24,000 nucleotides of DNA from Clostridia bacterium (GTDB lineage: Bacteria > Bacillota > Clostridia > UBA1381). Location: assembly GCA_045580145.1 (NCBI GenBank), contig JAZNNI010000117.1:1-24000 (forward strand), written 5' to 3'. The notes under the pieces were generated by a model. It was given only the letters and a program-made list of their open reading frames with translations. It had not been told where the DNA came from and did no database searches. Position 1 is the first letter of the stretch, and each line of letters starts with the position of its first letter. The translations under genes and the position numbers were made by a program. This document shows positions 21,889 to 24,000 of the stretch, in pieces.

Positions 21889-23106
21889 TTACTTTAATAC
21901 AACTCTGTGGAATACCTTTTTACCCTTACGGATAATCATTCCCACCTCACCGATTAAATCGTTTGAAAGAGTCATAGCTACATCTGTAACCTTTTCGTCG
22001 TTTATGGCAACTCCGCCCTGTTGAACAAGACGTCTTCCCTCAGCCTTTGACGGAACAAGCTTTGTTTCGCACAAAAGGTCGAGGATGCCTTTTCCGTCGA
22101 TTGTATCAACCTCTGTTGTAGGCATATTTTCACTCACACCGCCGCCTGCAAAGACAGCCTCGGCAGCTGATTGCACCTGATTTGCAACTTCCTCGCCGTG
22201 AACAAGCTTTGTAACCTCATATGCAAGGCGCTTTTTAGCCTTATTAAGCTCTGCACCTTCCCATTTTTCCATCTCACGAATTTCGTCCATCGGCACAAAT
22301 GTCACAAGCTTTAAGCACTTGATAACGTCAGCGTCAGAAACATTTACCCAATACTGATAGAAGTCATAAGGCTTGCACTTTTCAGGGTCAAGCCACAAAG
22401 CACCCTTTGCAGTCTTACCCATCTTCTTACCCTCTGATGTTGTAAGAAGTGTAAATGTCATACCATAAGTCTGTTTCTGGTCTTTACGACGGCAAAGTTC
22501 AATTCCGCCTAAGATATTTGACCACTGGTCGTCACCGCCAAGCTCGATTTTACAATCGTACTTACGATTTAACATCAAAAAGTCATAGCTCTGCATAAGC
22601 ATATAGTTAAACTCAAGGAAGGAAAGTCCCTTTTCAAGTCTCTGCTTAAAGCATTCCGCTGTGAGCATCTTGTTTACTGAGAAGCAAGCACCGATGTCAC
22701 GTAAAAACTCTACATAATTTAAATCTAAAAGCCAGTCGGCATTATTTACCATAAGTGCCTTATCATCCGAAAAATCAACAAGGCAGGAAAGCTGTTTTTT
22801 GAAGCATTCGCTGTTATGGTCGATAATTTCCTTTGTCATCATCTGGCGCATATCGGTTCTTCCCGATGGGTCGCCGATATGTGCAGTACCGCCGCCGATT
22901 AAGGCAATCGGTCTATGACCGTGGTCCTGCATATGCTTCATAACAACCATCTGCAAAAAGTGTCCTACGTGAAGGCTGTCTGCAGTCGGGTCAAAGCCGA
23001 TATAAAAAGTTACTTTTTCTTTTCCCAAAAGCTCGCGGATTTCGTCCTCGTGTGTTGTCTGTGCGATAAGTCCACGTTCCTTTAAGACGTCAAAAACATT
23101 TTCCAT
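21889..23106 (-). CDS. tyrS: Tyrosine--tRNA ligase
   Basis: Class I HIGH motif ([11 protein letters not shown]), KMSKS motif (KKMGKT) and a C-terminal S4-like domain ([17 protein letters not shown]). SD AAGGAG is present. Confidence 0.95.
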   Translation of the reverse strand: MENVFDVLKERGLIAQTTHEDEIRELLGKEKVTFYIGFDPTADSLHVGHFLQMVVMKHMQDHGHRPIALIGGGTAHIGDPSGRTDMRQMMTKEIIDHNSECFKKQLSCLVDFSDDKALMVNNADWLLDLNYVEFLRDIGACFSVNKMLTAECFKQRLEKGLSFLEFNYMLMQSYDFLMLNRKYDCKIELGGDDQWSNILGGIELCRRKDQKQTYGMTFTLLTTSEGKKMGKTAKGALWLDPEKCKPYDFYQYWVNVSDADVIKCLKLVTFVPMDEIREMEKWEGAELNKAKKRLAYEVTKLVHGEEVANQVQSAAEAVFAGGGVSENMPTTEVDTIDGKGILDLLCETKLVPSKAEGRRLVQQGGVAINDEKVTDVAMTLSNDLIGEVGMIIRKGKKVFHRVVLK

Positions 23107-23118
23107 TTTAAAATCTCC

Positions 23119-24000
23119 TTATGAAAGGTCCTGAACAAATATTTCACGCACGCCGTCAGCCGCAGTCTTTGGTGCTTCTGATTTAGGTGCTTCAACCTTT
23201 CCGTCTCTTATATCAAAGAACTTCTTTGCAACCTGTGGGAAGAGTGCATAGCTTAAAACATCTTCTTCAGACTTCGCAAAATCCTTTGTTTCCTCTTTAT
23301 ACTTCACAAGCTCAGGGTCTAAAAGGTCGGCAGGACGGCAAGTAATAACCTCATCGTCACCAATAGCGAGCTTTCTTACTTCTTCATTAACTTCGCCAGG
23401 AAGCTGACCATATTCGCCTCTTAAAAGTCCCTTTGATTCTTTTGAAATCATCTTATATCTGCCCATAAGCACATTTAAAACTGCCTGCGTACCGACAATC
23501 TGGCTTGTTGGAGTTACAAGCGGAGGATAGCCGAAGTCCTTTCTTACTCTCGGAACTTCTGCCAAAACCTCGTAGTATCTATCTTCTGCATTCTGCTGTT
23601 TGAGCTGTGAAATAAGGTTTGAAAGCATACCGCCAGGTACCTGATACAAAAGTGCGTTAGGGTCAACGTTTAACACCTTCGGGTCAAGTGTTCCTTCCTT
23701 CTTCATCTTGTCTGCAATGCCCCTAAAGTGTGCAGCAGCCTCTGAAAGCTTTGTAAGGTCAAGACCTGTATCGCGGTCTGTTCCTTTCATTGTTGCAACC
23801 ATAGCCTCTGTTGATGGGTTTGCTGTACCATTTGCAAGAGGCGAAAGCGCACAGTCTACAATATCAACACCAGCCTGCGCTGCCATAAGGTTTGTCATAT
23901 CGCCTGTTCCTGCAGTATTATGTGTATGCAGATGAATAGGCACACCAACGTTTTCCTTGAGCTTTTTAACAAGCTCGTATGCTGTGTAAGGAAGAAGAAG
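23119..24000 (-). CDS. Oxaloacetate decarboxylase alpha / pyruvate carboxylase subunit B-type carboxyltransferase, C-terminal part (5' end right of the window); no biotinyl domain at the C-terminus
   Basis: The frame is open to base 24000 (LLLPYTAYELVKKLKENVG precedes the GTG shown as M in the track). PIHLHTHNTAGTGDMTNLMAAQAGVDIVDCALSPLANGTANPSTEAMV is the HMGL-like/PYC_OADA signature. Confidence 0.9.
   Translation of the reverse strand, partial: LLLPYTAYELVKKLKENVGVPIHLHTHNTAGTGDMTNLMAAQAGVDIVDCALSPLANGTANPSTEAMVATMKGTDRDTGLDLTKLSEAAAHFRGIADKMKKEGTLDPKVLNVDPNALLYQVPGGMLSNLISQLKQQNAEDRYYEVLAEVPRVRKDFGYPPLVTPTSQIVGTQAVLNVLMGRYKMISKESKGLLRGEYGQLPGEVNEEVRKLAIGDDEVITCRPADLLDPELVKYKEETKDFAKSEEDVLSYALFPQVAKKFFDIRDGKVEAPKSEAPKTAADGVREIFVQDLS

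Overview
AT-rich, Firmicutes (Clostridia-like) chromosomal window with an accessory left half and a core right half. All domain calls come from reading motifs by eye; no searches were run.

Left edge: the 3' part of a tyrosine integrase (1-792) belongs to an element that extends beyond the window. That element appears to end at 1330/1331, where a host tRNA-Trp is cut after its variable loop. It carries an intact, sequence-divergent tRNA-Trp(CCA) at 1212-1285 (-).

Main island: a divergent tRNA-Leu(UAA) gene (1611-1699, +, consensus TTGACA-17-TATAAT promoter) is the target of a complete ~10.3 kb integrative element. The element is bounded by a perfect 58-bp direct repeat of the tRNA 3' half (1642-1699 = 11927-11984). 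Its backbone is int, an xis-like HTH gene and a rolling-circle Rep, all on the minus strand, next to a palindrome-dense divergent control region. Its cargo is:
- (i) a Zn-ribbon-fused amidoligase plus a class II glutamine amidotransferase, translationally coupled;
- (ii) a small serine recombinase plus an 84-aa protein;
- (iii) an XRE regulator divergent from a 3-gene operon (96 aa / signal-peptide-less BspA-type LRR protein of 465 aa / 181 aa);
- (iv) a 142-aa putative PBECR-type nuclease followed by a ~135-nt candidate sRNA defined by its own promoter and terminator.

Right of attR (core genome): a GH42 glycosidase-MurQ-NanE-BadF-type kinase operon with a divergent RpiR regulator, Mn catalase, cupin, HPr-like protein, MtaB, a small ORF behind a structured leader, TyrS, and the 3' part of an OadA/PycB-type carboxyltransferase.

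No CRISPR array, rRNA gene or IS transposase was seen.
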